This document shows, one piece after another, positions 39,851-49,554 of a stretch of DNA of 64,000 nt. This stretch comes from Thermoanaerobaculia bacterium (lineage in GTDB: Bacteria; Acidobacteriota; Thermoanaerobaculia; Multivoradales; UBA5704). The notes under the pieces were generated by a model. That model made no database searches. It was not told the DNA's origin and saw only the letters and a program-made list of their open reading frames with translations. Position 1 is the stretch's first letter. The number at the start of each line of letters is the position of its first letter. Position numbers and translations under genes: made by a program. The stretch spans positions 160,001 to 224,000 of the forward strand of contig JBGAGQ010000001.1 in NCBI GenBank assembly GCA_044226625.1, written 5' to 3'.

Positions 39851-41080
39851 CTAGAACCGGTGCCAGGGGAGAACGCGAATCTCCGGCACGAGCGAGGAGG
39901 CGTTCTCCGCCGCGGCGACAAGCAGACCGCTTCCCGCCTTCTCCCCCGCGAGCGACCGCCAGCGCGTCAGGTTTTCGACTTGGCCGGGGCGCGGCGTGGT
40001 CGCGGCTTTGATCTCGATCGGGTGGAGCTTGCCGGACCGTTCGACGAGCAGGTCGACCTCGTGCCCTTCCCGCGAGCGCCAGTACCAGAGAGCCGGCGGA
40101 AGCCCCCGGTGGTGGAAGACCTTCGCGATCTCAGCGACCACCGCAGTCTCGAAAAGGGCGCCGGCCATCGGTCCGCGCAAAACGGCGTCCTCGTCCTTGA
40201 GGCCGAGGAGAAAGCAGACCAGGCCGGTGTCGAGCCAGTAGAGCTTCGGCGCCTTGATCAGCCGCTTGCCGAAGTTCTCGAGGTAGGGGCGCAGCAGGAA
40301 AACCAAGTGGCTCGCTTCGAGAACCGAAAGCCACTGCCGGACGGTCGGCGGCGACACCCCGACGTCGCGGGCGAGGTCGACCAGGTTGAGCACCTGCCCC
40401 GTGCGCGCCGCGGCCAACCGCAGGAAGGTCTGGAACGCCCCGAGGTCGCGGACGCCGAGGACCGACCGAACATCGCGTTCGAGATAGGTCTGGACGTAGC
40501 TCGAAAGCCAGAGCTGGCGGTCGACCTGGCGGTCTTTCCAGAGCTGTGGAAAGCCCCCCTGAAGGAGCCATTGCGCGAGATCCGGCGTGGCGTCGGGAGA
40601 CTTCGTCTCCGGCCGCGCGGCGAACATCTCGCCGAGGACCGCTTCAACCGAGTCCAGTTCCCGCGCGCGGCGCGAGATCTCGTCCCAGGAGAGCGGCAGC
40701 AGCGTGAGCACCGCCACCCGGCCCGCGAGCGACTGGCTGGTCCCCTGGATCAGCGGAAAGCTCTGCGATCCGGAGAGGAGCCAGCGTCCGGGTCGGCGGT
40801 CTTCGTCGATCTCGACCTGCAGATAGGAGAGCAGCTCGGGCGCGTTCTGGATTTCGTCCAGGATCACCGGCGCCGGGTGATCGGCGAGGAATCCGACCGG
40901 ATCGGCCAGAGCGCGCTCCCTGACGTGCGGCGCTTCGAGCGAGACGTAGCGGTGCGTCGCCTCGAAGCGGGTCCGGAGCAGCGTGGTCTTTCCCGATTGA
41001 CGCGGCCCCGTCACCAGAACCGCCGGGAAGCCCTGGACGGCGGTCTCCAGCAGTCCGGAGAGGGTGCGCGGAAGGAGCAT
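39851..41080 (-). CDS. AAA_14 ATPase + DUF4143 protein
   Basis: GPRQSGKTT, DEIQ, SLAGR, GGFP, KLYWLDTGL, EVD..IEIK. Confidence 0.9.
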   Translation of the reverse strand: MLLPRTLSGLLETAVQGFPAVLVTGPRQSGKTTLLRTRFEATHRYVSLEAPHVRERALADPVGFLADHPAPVILDEIQNAPELLSYLQVEIDEDRRPGRWLLSGSQSFPLIQGTSQSLAGRVAVLTLLPLSWDEISRRARELDSVEAVLGEMFAARPETKSPDATPDLAQWLLQGGFPQLWKDRQVDRQLWLSSYVQTYLERDVRSVLGVRDLGAFQTFLRLAAARTGQVLNLVDLARDVGVSPPTVRQWLSVLEASHLVFLLRPYLENFGKRLIKAPKLYWLDTGLVCFLLGLKDEDAVLRGPMAGALFETAVVAEIAKVFHHRGLPPALWYWRSREGHEVDLLVERSGKLHPIEIKAATTPRPGQVENLTRWRSLAGEKAGSGLLVAAAENASSLVPEIRVLPWHRF

Positions 41081-41086
41081 GCCAGA

Positions 41087-41116
41087 AGTCTAAACTTTCG
41101 CGGATCGAAAGTTCAA
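41087..41116 (-). promoter_or_regulatory. Leaderless-type promoter with palindromic operator
   Basis: Minus strand TTGAAC-18 bp-TAGACT-6 nt-ATG. Palindrome aactttcg-cggat-cgaaagtt at 41093-41113. Confidence 0.6.
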
Positions 41117-41154
41117 TTTTCGATGTGCGGAGGTTCCGAGTCGCGTCCGAACGC

Positions 41155-41658
41155 CTAGTCGCTGCCGATCCACCCCGTCCGCGTGTCGTCTTCGAGCCGG
41201 TAGTAGCGCCGGTCCGCCCAGTCGTAGAACGTCTGGAAGCTCGTGAGCGGCGCCCCCGCGACCTCGACTACGACGCCCGCTTCCACCGCGCGCCGGATCT
41301 CGCGCAGGCTCTCGACCAGCGAGTGCCAGGAGGTCGGGTTGTCGTGGGACGCGTCGAGCGCCTCCAGATCGGCCGCGGGGAGCACATAGCGCTCCCGCGG
41401 GACGAAGACCTCGACGTCGCCGCTCGACGTCGCCTGATCGAAGGCCTCGTCGCTCGCGAGCATCCTCCAGAGGAAACGCCCCTCGGGGTCGAACCACGGC
41501 CCCGGCCAACCCAGCTTCGCCGCCAGGCTTCGAGCCGAGACCTGGTCCCGCCACAGAATTCCCAAAGTCCCCCGTTCGTGCGCCGCGACCGCCGCTCGCC
41601 GCTCCCCGGGACCCACCCGGGTCATCGCCCAAGCGGGAAGAGTTCGTGCCGTGTTCAA
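41155..41658 (-). CDS. Hypothetical protein
   Basis: 167-aa ORF with normal composition and codon use; no family recognised. Confidence 0.6.
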   Translation of the reverse strand: MNTARTLPAWAMTRVGPGERRAAVAAHERGTLGILWRDQVSARSLAAKLGWPGPWFDPEGRFLWRMLASDEAFDQATSSGDVEVFVPRERYVLPAADLEALDASHDNPTSWHSLVESLREIRRAVEAGVVVEVAGAPLTSFQTFYDWADRRYYRLEDDTRTGWIGSD

Positions 41659-41854
41659 GAGAGGCTCCTTACGGGAGGACGCCGGCTGCTCCTTGGATTT
41701 GTCGACTGTTTCGCTACTCTACCTTTCATGGGAGCCTGGCCGAACGGGTAACCAAGAAGCGCTGGGCCTTCCCGGTGCTTGCGCCAAACGTAACGACAGC
41801 CAGCATGCATGGGCGGGTGCTACGATCTCGGTGTCGTCCGATACGGAGAATCCC

Positions 41855-43060
41855 ATGGCGCGAGCCACCCGCCCATACATCACGAAGATCGAGCTTGTCG
41901 ACATTCGGGGATTTCGCAACTTGGCACTCGACATTCGGGTGGACGAGGCAGCACCCCGCCTTCGCACTTTGATCATCGGCAAGAACGGGACAGGAAAGTC
42001 GACCCTATTACGCTCGATCGTCCTGGGTCTTGTTCATCACGACGAAGCAGCAGGGCTATTCTCAACGCCTCTCGGCGCCCTGCAAACCCGTGGCACAGTG
42101 GGCCGAGTGGGCATTCAACTCTCAGATATGAGTACGGGAATCTTTGGAATACAGAGGAAAGAAGAGTCGCAATCCTCTACGATCTTTTCCACCTCCCAGC
42201 ACCAGAAGGCCTTCATTTGCGGCTACGGCGCTGGGCGATATGGGACCAAGGTAGAACAGAGGCCGGGGTACAGCGCGTCCGCGGCGGTGTCTTCCCTGTT
42301 CCGGTATGAGCAGGCACTGCTCGGACCGGAACTCACGCTCTACCGCCTCAAATCGATATTCGACTCTGAGACCTATCGCCGAACGATGAAAGGTCTGAAG
42401 CGAGCGCTTGGCCTCGCTGAAGCGGACGACGTCTCGCCCCGCCGAGGCGGCGGGATCGAGGTCTCAGGCCCATCGGTCGGCGGCACGATCCCCTTCGAAT
42501 CCTGGGCGGACGGATACCGCCTCACCTTCAGCTGGATCTTGGACCTCTACGGCTGGGCAATGCAGGCGGAGGCGATCGACGAGGAGGGGCACGTCGAAGG
42601 CATCCTGCTGATCGACGAGATCGAGCAGCATCTTCACCCTTCGATGCAGGCGGAGATCCTCCCTCGGCTCGCCGAGCTGTTCCCCAAGATGCAGATCTTC
42701 GCCACTACCCACAGCCCGCTCGTGGCACTCGACGCGAAGCCGGAAGAGCTGGTGGTGCTCAAGCGCGAGGGCGATGAGGTGGTCGCGGTCGAAGACGTGC
42801 CCGATTTCGCCGGCTATTCGGTCGAGGACATGCTCGCCGATCCGCGCATCTTCGACAGCGAGGTCTACGGCAGCGAGATGCGCGACAAGCTCGGCCGGTA
42901 TCGCGAGCTGGCCGCCGTACCGAAAGCCGAACGGAGCCCCGTCCTGCGCGGCGAGCTGCATTCCCTGGCGACGGAGCTCCGTTCGCTCGAAACCTATTCC
43001 GATCAAGAGAACGAGACCGCGAAGCTCCTCCGCGGGCTCGTCGCGAAGTACGACCTCTAG
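41855..43060 (+). CDS. AAA_21 ABC-type ATPase, Septu PtuA-like
   Basis: IRGF, GKNGTGKST, YGAGR, ADGYR, LIDEIEQHLHP, TTHSP. Confidence 0.85.
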   Translation: MARATRPYITKIELVDIRGFRNLALDIRVDEAAPRLRTLIIGKNGTGKSTLLRSIVLGLVHHDEAAGLFSTPLGALQTRGTVGRVGIQLSDMSTGIFGIQRKEESQSSTIFSTSQHQKAFICGYGAGRYGTKVEQRPGYSASAAVSSLFRYEQALLGPELTLYRLKSIFDSETYRRTMKGLKRALGLAEADDVSPRRGGGIEVSGPSVGGTIPFESWADGYRLTFSWILDLYGWAMQAEAIDEEGHVEGILLIDEIEQHLHPSMQAEILPRLAELFPKMQIFATTHSPLVALDAKPEELVVLKREGDEVVAVEDVPDFAGYSVEDMLADPRIFDSEVYGSEMRDKLGRYRELAAVPKAERSPVLRGELHSLATELRSLETYSDQENETAKLLRGLVAKYDL

Positions 43061-43084
43061 TTCCGATCTCCAATCCATCGGCGC

Positions 43085-43888
43085 ATGATCTTCATCGATC
43101 GGGATCGGCGGGACGACCAGGGGCGGCCGATCCGGCCTCCCGAGTCGTGGTTTTCCGACGCGGGCCGATGGACCACCGAAGCCAAGAGTGAAGGCCCCTC
43201 CCATGTCATTCAAGAAGGGGTTTACCGCCATCCCTTAGTTCGCCGCGCCCTCGAAGCCCTCTTCCATCGAAAGTGCGCCTACTGCGAAACGCCGCTCTCC
43301 GAAGTGGGCTGGGATGTAGAGCACTTTCGGCCGAAGGGCAAGGTGGCCAAACGCCCGGACCACCCCGGCTACTACTGGCTCGCCTACACCTGGGAGAACC
43401 TCTACCCCTCGTGCGGCCCCTGCAACAAGCGCCTCGAAGACAAGCCGACCTGGGAAGATCCGGAACCGGCCGAAACCGCGGGGAAGGCCGACCAGTTCCC
43501 GCTCGCCGACGAGGCGGAGCGCGCGATGGGGCCGGACGGCGAGATTCGGAACGAGCGCCCTCTCCTGCTCGATCCGTGCGCCGACCAGCCGGAGGAGGTG
43601 CTGCGCTTCTCGCCGGTCGGAGAGATCGAGGCGGTCAGTGACCATCCGCGCGCGAAGGCGTCGATCGAGGTTTTCCACTTGACCCGTCGGCGGCTCCGCG
43701 ATCGACGTCGAGAGCAGATCCTCCTGGTCGTACTTATGCTCAAAGCTCTCGGCAATTTCAAGAAAACCGACCCCGCCGCGGCATCGGAGTTCGAGGCCGA
43801 GATCGAGGAGAAGATCTTCGCCGACTCCTCCCCCTTCGCCGCCGCGGCCCGAAACGTCCGCCGCGACCCGGACGCGTTCGGGGTCTGA
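43085..43888 (+). CDS. HNH endonuclease, Septu PtuB-like
   Basis: KCAYCE..DVEHFRPK..YYWLAYTWENLYPSCGPCN..K..FP..LLLDP. Confidence 0.88.
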   Translation: MIFIDRDRRDDQGRPIRPPESWFSDAGRWTTEAKSEGPSHVIQEGVYRHPLVRRALEALFHRKCAYCETPLSEVGWDVEHFRPKGKVAKRPDHPGYYWLAYTWENLYPSCGPCNKRLEDKPTWEDPEPAETAGKADQFPLADEAERAMGPDGEIRNERPLLLDPCADQPEEVLRFSPVGEIEAVSDHPRAKASIEVFHLTRRRLRDRRREQILLVVLMLKALGNFKKTDPAAASEFEAEIEEKIFADSSPFAAAARNVRRDPDAFGV

Positions 43889-45860
43889 GCCTCGGCCAGC
43901 TTCTCGCCGCCTCGTACCCTCGCGGCGCCAACGCATCCCAGATCTCTGAGCCGGGGACGATACCGATCCGCGCGAGCGCCAGCGCGGAGTCGATCCGCGA
44001 TGCCGTTTCGACGGTCTCGTCCCCGACCATCTGGCCGAGAAGCGGCAAGATCGGTCGCGCCTGCTCTTCTCCGAGGGCGGGCAACAGATCGAGCAACCTC
44101 TTCCGGCGGGCCGGATCTTTTTCACCACCCAGAGTCTCTTTCATCCAATCCCGAGCCGCCTCGGGGTCGCCCGCGAGCAGCGCGCCCGCGAGCCGGCCGA
44201 ACGCCCCGGCCGCCTCTTCCCGCGAGAGACGCTCGATCAACCGCTGCCGCACCTGGCCGCGCAGGTCGTCGCCAAGCTGAACGTCCTCGGCGAGCGCGAG
44301 CCCGGCGATTTGCAGCGCCGCCCCTTCCTCAGATCCCTCGGCGTCGTTCTCAAGCAGCGCTTTGACAAGCTCCTGCGCCCGGGCGGTCGGGGCTTTCCCC
44401 GCGGCGATCAGAATCACCTCCCGCCACCCTTCCTCGCCCGCGTGGGAGAGCAGCAGGTCGTCCCGCTCGTGCTCGACGATCCAATCCGCGGCGAGCGCGT
44501 CGTGGAGCGCGCGGTGGGCGAAGCCGTAAAGCCCGAGCTTCAGCTCGACCAGCACGCCGGAGCGCTCTTCGACTTGCCGAACCAGCGCGTCCGCTTCGAC
44601 AGCCGCCTTGATCCTTGGCAGCAAGGGCGAAACGACCTGTTCCAGCGCCGGCAGATCCGCCTCGAGGACGTCGCTTTCCAGGTAGTGGAACGCGATCGCC
44701 TTCAGGACCATCAACTTTTCTTTGAGCGTCGGCCCGGCGATCTGGAGGCCCTTGTCGCTCTTGTCCCACTGTTCGAGCAGGATGCGCAGGCAATCCTCGT
44801 AGAGAGCGGCGCGCCCCTCGGGGAGGTCGGTGCGCCGGTGGTAGTGAACCAGGGTGATCAACGAAAGAAGGAGCGGCGTGCGCGAGATCCGCAGCAGGTT
44901 GTCGTTCTTCGCGAGCGCGTTCCACAGCTCTCCCGAACGATCGGCGGCTTCCTTGCGTGCCCGCTCTTCCACCGCCTGGATCTGGTCTTTCCGTGGCCGA
45001 GCGCCGAGCAGGTTCACGTCCTTGGCGCGCAGCACCTCCCGATACCAGACGCCCAGGAACTTCCGGATGTCGTCGGCGTCCAGCTCCTGCACCTCAAAAG
45101 TCTCGAAGCCGTGGTCGATCAGTTGATTCCGCCAGCCGGCGAGGCGGCAGGTGACGACGAAGAGGTTGTCGGGAAACTGCGACGACAGCCGCTTGATCTC
45201 CTCGATGGCCCGTGCGTGGCGCGTCTCGTCGAGCACCTCATCCAAACCGTCGAGGAGCACCGCGCAACCTCCGCCGCGCAGCCAGCGCTTGGGATGCCAG
45301 TCGGGCACCTCGGTGAGCGGCACCGACGCACGGAGGAGCGAGATCAGGTCCTCCTTTCCCGGCGTACCGAGCTCGCGTAGCCGTGCGACCAGCGGAACCG
45401 GGTTGCCGAGCGCCGTGCGGAGCGGATGTTCGACCTCGCCCGCGAGGACGAGCACGAGGTAGTCGAGGAGCGTGGTCTTGCCCGCGCCAGGGGCGCCGAG
45501 AATCACGACTCGCTTGCGATTCCGGGAGAGCGCGTCGCTCCAACCCATCTTCGGCCCGTCCTCTTGCCCGGCCGCCACCCGCAAAGAGATGAACACCTCG
45601 CGCAGGCGCGGCGGATGGAGGTCCCCCTGGTTGTAGATCCCGATCAGCTTGAGCCGCCCGTGGCGCTCGACCATCGCCGAGAGATACCTCCCGCGGAAAC
45701 GGGCGCCCTGACCGTGGGCGGTCGCGACGAGCCAAGCCGTGAGCTTCTGGCCAGCGTCCCTCGCAAAGTCGCGAAGGGTCGGCCCGAGTAAGACCGTAAA
45801 GAGAGCGATGACCAACCCAACGATCACAGCATCGCCGTGCTCCGCCCAGAAGCTCTGCAT
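43758..45860 (-). CDS. NACHT-domain NTPase with N-terminal TM helix, 3' end probably truncated
   Basis: GAPGAGKTT, LLDGLDEV, VTCR, TPLLL, FAHRAL, WREVILI. The last ~45 codons are antisense of the HNH gene. Confidence 0.85.
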   Translation of the reverse strand: MQSFWAEHGDAVIVGLVIALFTVLLGPTLRDFARDAGQKLTAWLVATAHGQGARFRGRYLSAMVERHGRLKLIGIYNQGDLHPPRLREVFISLRVAAGQEDGPKMGWSDALSRNRKRVVILGAPGAGKTTLLDYLVLVLAGEVEHPLRTALGNPVPLVARLRELGTPGKEDLISLLRASVPLTEVPDWHPKRWLRGGGCAVLLDGLDEVLDETRHARAIEEIKRLSSQFPDNLFVVTCRLAGWRNQLIDHGFETFEVQELDADDIRKFLGVWYREVLRAKDVNLLGARPRKDQIQAVEERARKEAADRSGELWNALAKNDNLLRISRTPLLLSLITLVHYHRRTDLPEGRAALYEDCLRILLEQWDKSDKGLQIAGPTLKEKLMVLKAIAFHYLESDVLEADLPALEQVVSPLLPRIKAAVEADALVRQVEERSGVLVELKLGLYGFAHRALHDALAADWIVEHERDDLLLSHAGEEGWREVILIAAGKAPTARAQELVKALLENDAEGSEEGAALQIAGLALAEDVQLGDDLRGQVRQRLIERLSREEAAGAFGRLAGALLAGDPEAARDWMKETLGGEKDPARRKRLLDLLPALGEEQARPILPLLGQMVGDETVETASRIDSALALARIGIVPGSEIWDALAPRGYEAARSWPRLRPRTRPGRGGRFGPRRRRGRSRRRSSPRSRPRTPMPRRGRFS

Positions 45861-46021
45861 GCTCGTTCCTCGAAGAGAGGATGCGAGAATATCGAAGATC
45901 GGTTCGTTCAGGGCGCGGCGGCAGCCCACCGCACGAGGCTAGGCCTCCGGCAAGAAACTACCCCTCGGGATGTCGCTGGAGTACCGGCAGCGGGAAGGTC
46001 CACACCCTACAGCAGGAGGGT

Positions 46022-46124
46022 CCGAGAAAACGATACTTTTCCGCCAATTTTTTTCTTCGCTTGCCGAAGGCGCCCAGGTAAGCCGCCGGAGAAAAAAGTT
46101 CTCCGAAAACTATCGTTTTCTCGG
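46022..46124. other. AT-rich long imperfect hairpin
   Basis: ccgagaaaacgata...tatcgttttctcgg (14-bp perfect outer stem) with further inner pairing. Confidence 0.7.
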
Positions 46125-46305
46125 GCACCCGAAGTGTAAGGTCGCCCTCGCTTCCTTCTGCGGTGCTGCACCCCCTGGGCTCGCCACGCTCCAGCATGGC
46201 GTTTTTGGCTTCGGCCGCGCGGCTGGTTCAGCGCAGAGATCGATGCCAGGCTGGAGCCTGGCGCGCCCAGGAAAAGCCTCCTCGCGCGCAGGCGATTCAT
46301 TTCCA

Positions 46306-46627
46306 GACCACGGGTGGCCCGGTCGGGATCGCCCCCTTTCCCGGCTAGATCACCGGTGTTCCCGACGAGCCAACCATCGGTCGCGACCAGTCCACCCGTG
46401 GTCGCGGCCCGACGACTTGTGGGCTCAGCGAAATCAGCGGTGTTCGCGTCCGGATCACCACTTCACCGACCGGGATCACCGCTATTCCGGCCCAGGCCAC
46501 CGCTGATTCGGACGAGATCACCCGTTGCCTCGCCCAGACCACTACGGATCTCGACCGGACCACCCCTGATCTGGCCGGGACCACCAGTGGTCCCGTTCCG
46601 ATCGGCTCCGGCATCGTCCAGGCCAAC
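46306..46627. repeat. Degenerate 21-bp tandem array, about 16 units
   Basis: GRYCACC-like core recurs every 21 nt (46306, 46327, 46348 ... 46621). Confidence 0.8.
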
Positions 46628-46744
46628 TCGCGGCTGCAGCCGGGATCGCCTGGTGGGCCGACCGCCCAGCCGCTAGCCCTTGCAGCCAGGGCCATTTTCC
46701 GATCTGCTTACCCCCCAACTCGACCTCATAGGGAGAGCCTATCG

Positions 46745-48229
46745 ATGCGTGTAGCGTTCGCGTTGATCCTGACCTTCCTCGGTTGCGCCTCGGCGTGCGC
46801 CGGGGCCGCTCCGCCGAAGACGACCGCGGCGACGAAACCGGTTGCAGCCGCTGCGGCGAATTCCGACCCGTACCCTTCCACCTATAAGCCGCTGCCGTCG
46901 CAGACCACGCTGATCCGCGGCGCGACGATTCTCACCGCGGCCGGGCCGCGGATCGAGAACGGTTCGGTGTTGTTAGAGGACGGCAAGGTGAAGGCGGTCG
47001 GCTCGGCGACCGCGGCGATCGAGGTGCCGGCGGGGGCGACGGTGATCGACGCCGCGGGCAAGTGGGTGACCCCGGGGATCATCGACATCCATTCGCACCT
47101 CGGGGTCTACCCTTCCCCGGGGGTCGACGCGAACTCGGACGGCAACGAGGCGACCGAACCCGTGACCGCCGACGTGCGGGCGGAGCATTCGATCTGGCCG
47201 CAGGATCCGCAGTTTCCGCTCGCTCTCGCCGGAGGCGTCACCTCGATGCTGATCCTTCCCGGCTCGGCGAACCTGATAGGCGGCGTCGGCGTGGCGGTCA
47301 AGAACGTCCCCGCCCGGACCGCCCAGGCGATGAAGTTCCCCGGCGCGCCCTACGCACTCAAGATGGCTTGCGGCGAAAACCCGAAGCGGGTCTACGGCAG
47401 CAAAGGGCGGATGCCCTCGACGCGGATGGGCAACCTCGCCGTCACGCGTGAGGCGTGGATCGAGGCGACCGAGTACCGCAAGGAGTGGCAGGACTATAAG
47501 GACAAGCTCGCGCGGGGCGAGAAGGGCAAGGACGGCCACGACCCCGAGCCGCCGGAGCGCGACCTTGAAAAGGAGACGCTCGCCAAGGTCCTCTCGGGCG
47601 AGATCCTGGTGCAGAACCACTGCTACCGGGCCGACGAGATGGCGAACATGATCGATCAGGCGAAGGAGTTCGGCTACAAGATCACCGCGTTCCACCACGC
47701 GGTCGAGTCGTACAAGATCGCCGACCTGCTCGCCAAGGAAGGGATCTGCTCGGCGATGTGGGCCGACTGGTGGGGCTTCAAGATGGAGGCGCTCGACGGC
47801 ATCCGCGAGAACGTCGCGTTGGTCGAGCGGGCCGGCGCCTGCGCCATCGTCCACTCCGATTCGGCCGACGGCATCCAGCGTCTGAACCAGGAGGCCGCGA
47901 AGGCGATGGCCGCCGGCAACCGCCTGACCCGCGACGAGGCCGCGGAGGGGCATCCAGGCGGCCTCAAGCTCGCCGAGGAGGACGCCATCCGCTGGATCAC
48001 GATCAATCCGGCCAAGGCGATGGGCGTCGGCGACCGCACCGGTTCGCTCGAGCCCGGCAAGATGGCGGACGTGGTGATCTGGAGCGGCGATCCGTTCTCG
48101 GTCTACGCACGCGCCGAGCAGGTCTTCATCGACGGCGCAAAGGTCTACGACCGAAACGATCCCGCACACCAGCCGCGGACCGACTTCGAGCTCGGGCTGC
48201 GCGACGCGCGAACCGGAGGTGGCCGATGA
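46745..48229 (+). CDS. Amidohydrolase family protein (exported)
   Basis: PGIIDIHSH, KMACGENPK, HCYRADE, HSD, GSLEPGKMAD. Confidence 0.9.
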   Translation: MRVAFALILTFLGCASACAGAAPPKTTAATKPVAAAAANSDPYPSTYKPLPSQTTLIRGATILTAAGPRIENGSVLLEDGKVKAVGSATAAIEVPAGATVIDAAGKWVTPGIIDIHSHLGVYPSPGVDANSDGNEATEPVTADVRAEHSIWPQDPQFPLALAGGVTSMLILPGSANLIGGVGVAVKNVPARTAQAMKFPGAPYALKMACGENPKRVYGSKGRMPSTRMGNLAVTREAWIEATEYRKEWQDYKDKLARGEKGKDGHDPEPPERDLEKETLAKVLSGEILVQNHCYRADEMANMIDQAKEFGYKITAFHHAVESYKIADLLAKEGICSAMWADWWGFKMEALDGIRENVALVERAGACAIVHSDSADGIQRLNQEAAKAMAAGNRLTRDEAAEGHPGGLKLAEEDAIRWITINPAKAMGVGDRTGSLEPGKMADVVIWSGDPFSVYARAEQVFIDGAKVYDRNDPAHQPRTDFELGLRDARTGGGR

Positions 48230-49554
48230 ACCGGCGCGACAGGAAGGACACCGAACCGGGGCTCTCGTGGACGCCGGTCGTCGCCTTCGTGGCGGCGCTC
48301 GCCCTCGTCCTGGGCTGGGCGGCTCCGGCGCTCGCCGCGGCACCGATCGCGATCGTCAACGCGACGATCCACACGATGGGAGCGGCGGGGCGGATCGACC
48401 GCGGGACGGTGTTGATCGAAGACGGCGCGATCCGCTCGGTGGGAGCGGCCGCCGACATCGCGATTCCCGCCGGGGCGACGCGGATCGACGCCGCGGGCAA
48501 GGTGGTGACGCCGGGTCTGTTCGACTCGCTTTCGCGCATCGGGCTGGTCGAGGTGAACCAGGTCGACGCCACGGTCGATGCCGCGAGCGACGACGATCGG
48601 ATCACCGCGGCGCTCTCGGTCGCCGACGCCCTCAACCCGGCGTCGACGCTGATCGCCATCAACCGCATCGAAGGGCTCACCCATGCCCTCGTGGCGCCGG
48701 AGCTGGGCAAGAGCCTGATCGCGGGCCAGGCGGCGGTGATCCGCCTCTCCGGATCCGATCTCGTGATCTCCTCCCCCGCCGGGATGCTCGCCGTCCTGGG
48801 CGAGGCGGGCGCCGAGCGAGCGGGCGGCTCGCGCGCCGCGGCGCTGCTGCTGCTCCGCGAGGCGCTCGCCGACGCGCGCGACTGGGCCGAACACCGGGCC
48901 GATTGGGAGAAAGGCGCGCGCCGCGCGTACGCGCTCTCGCGGCTGGACCTCGAAGCGCTCGGACCCGTGGCCCGCGGCGAGATCCCGCTGATCGTCATCG
49001 CCCATCGCGCGAGCGATCTTTCGGCGGCTCTCCGCTTCGCCAAGGAGGAGAAGCTCAAGCTGATCCTCGCGGGCGCCGACGAGGGTTGGCAGGTGGCGAA
49101 AGAGATCGCCGCGGCGAACGTGCCGGTCCTACTCAACCCCCTCGACGACCTGCCGGGGAGCTTCGAGGCGCTCGGCGCGACGCTCGAAAACGCGGCGCGG
49201 ATGAAGGCGGCGGGAGTGCGGATCGCATTCGCGACCTTCGACGCGCACAACGCCCGGAACCTGCGCCAGGCCGCGGGCAATGCGGTCGCGAACGGCCTCC
49301 CCTGGAACGACGCGCTCGCCGCGATGACGATCGAGCCGGCGAAGATCTGGGGGGTGGCCGATCGTCTCGGCTCGCTCGAAGCGGGCAAGCGGGCCGACCT
49401 CGTGATCTGGGACGGCGACCCGCTGGAAGTCACGTCGTTTCCCGAGCGGGTGTTTCTCGACGGCGACGAGATCCCGATGCGCAGCCGGCAGCTGGAACTC
49501 CGCGACCGCTACCGCGGTCTGACGGACCATGGAGCGAGCCCACCCCGGCCGTGA
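48226..49554 (+). CDS. Amidohydrolase-like partner lacking the HxH motif
   Basis: TPGLFDSLSRIG in place of HxH; GSLEAGKRADLVIWDGDP. Confidence 0.85.
   Translation: MNRRDRKDTEPGLSWTPVVAFVAALALVLGWAAPALAAAPIAIVNATIHTMGAAGRIDRGTVLIEDGAIRSVGAAADIAIPAGATRIDAAGKVVTPGLFDSLSRIGLVEVNQVDATVDAASDDDRITAALSVADALNPASTLIAINRIEGLTHALVAPELGKSLIAGQAAVIRLSGSDLVISSPAGMLAVLGEAGAERAGGSRAAALLLLREALADARDWAEHRADWEKGARRAYALSRLDLEALGPVARGEIPLIVIAHRASDLSAALRFAKEEKLKLILAGADEGWQVAKEIAAANVPVLLNPLDDLPGSFEALGATLENAARMKAAGVRIAFATFDAHNARNLRQAAGNAVANGLPWNDALAAMTIEPAKIWGVADRLGSLEAGKRADLVIWDGDPLEVTSFPERVFLDGDEIPMRSRQLELRDRYRGLTDHGASPPRP

Noticed and set aside
41659-41854. Retron msr/msd upstream of the ATPase-HNH pair
   Set aside because: No reverse transcriptase in the window and no convincing a1/a2 inverted repeats seen.
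46022-46124. Integron attC site
   Set aside because: No RYYYAAC/GTTRRRY ends and no integrase.
46306-46627. CRISPR array
   Set aside because: No conserved repeat with unique spacers, the period is only 21 bp, and there are no cas genes.
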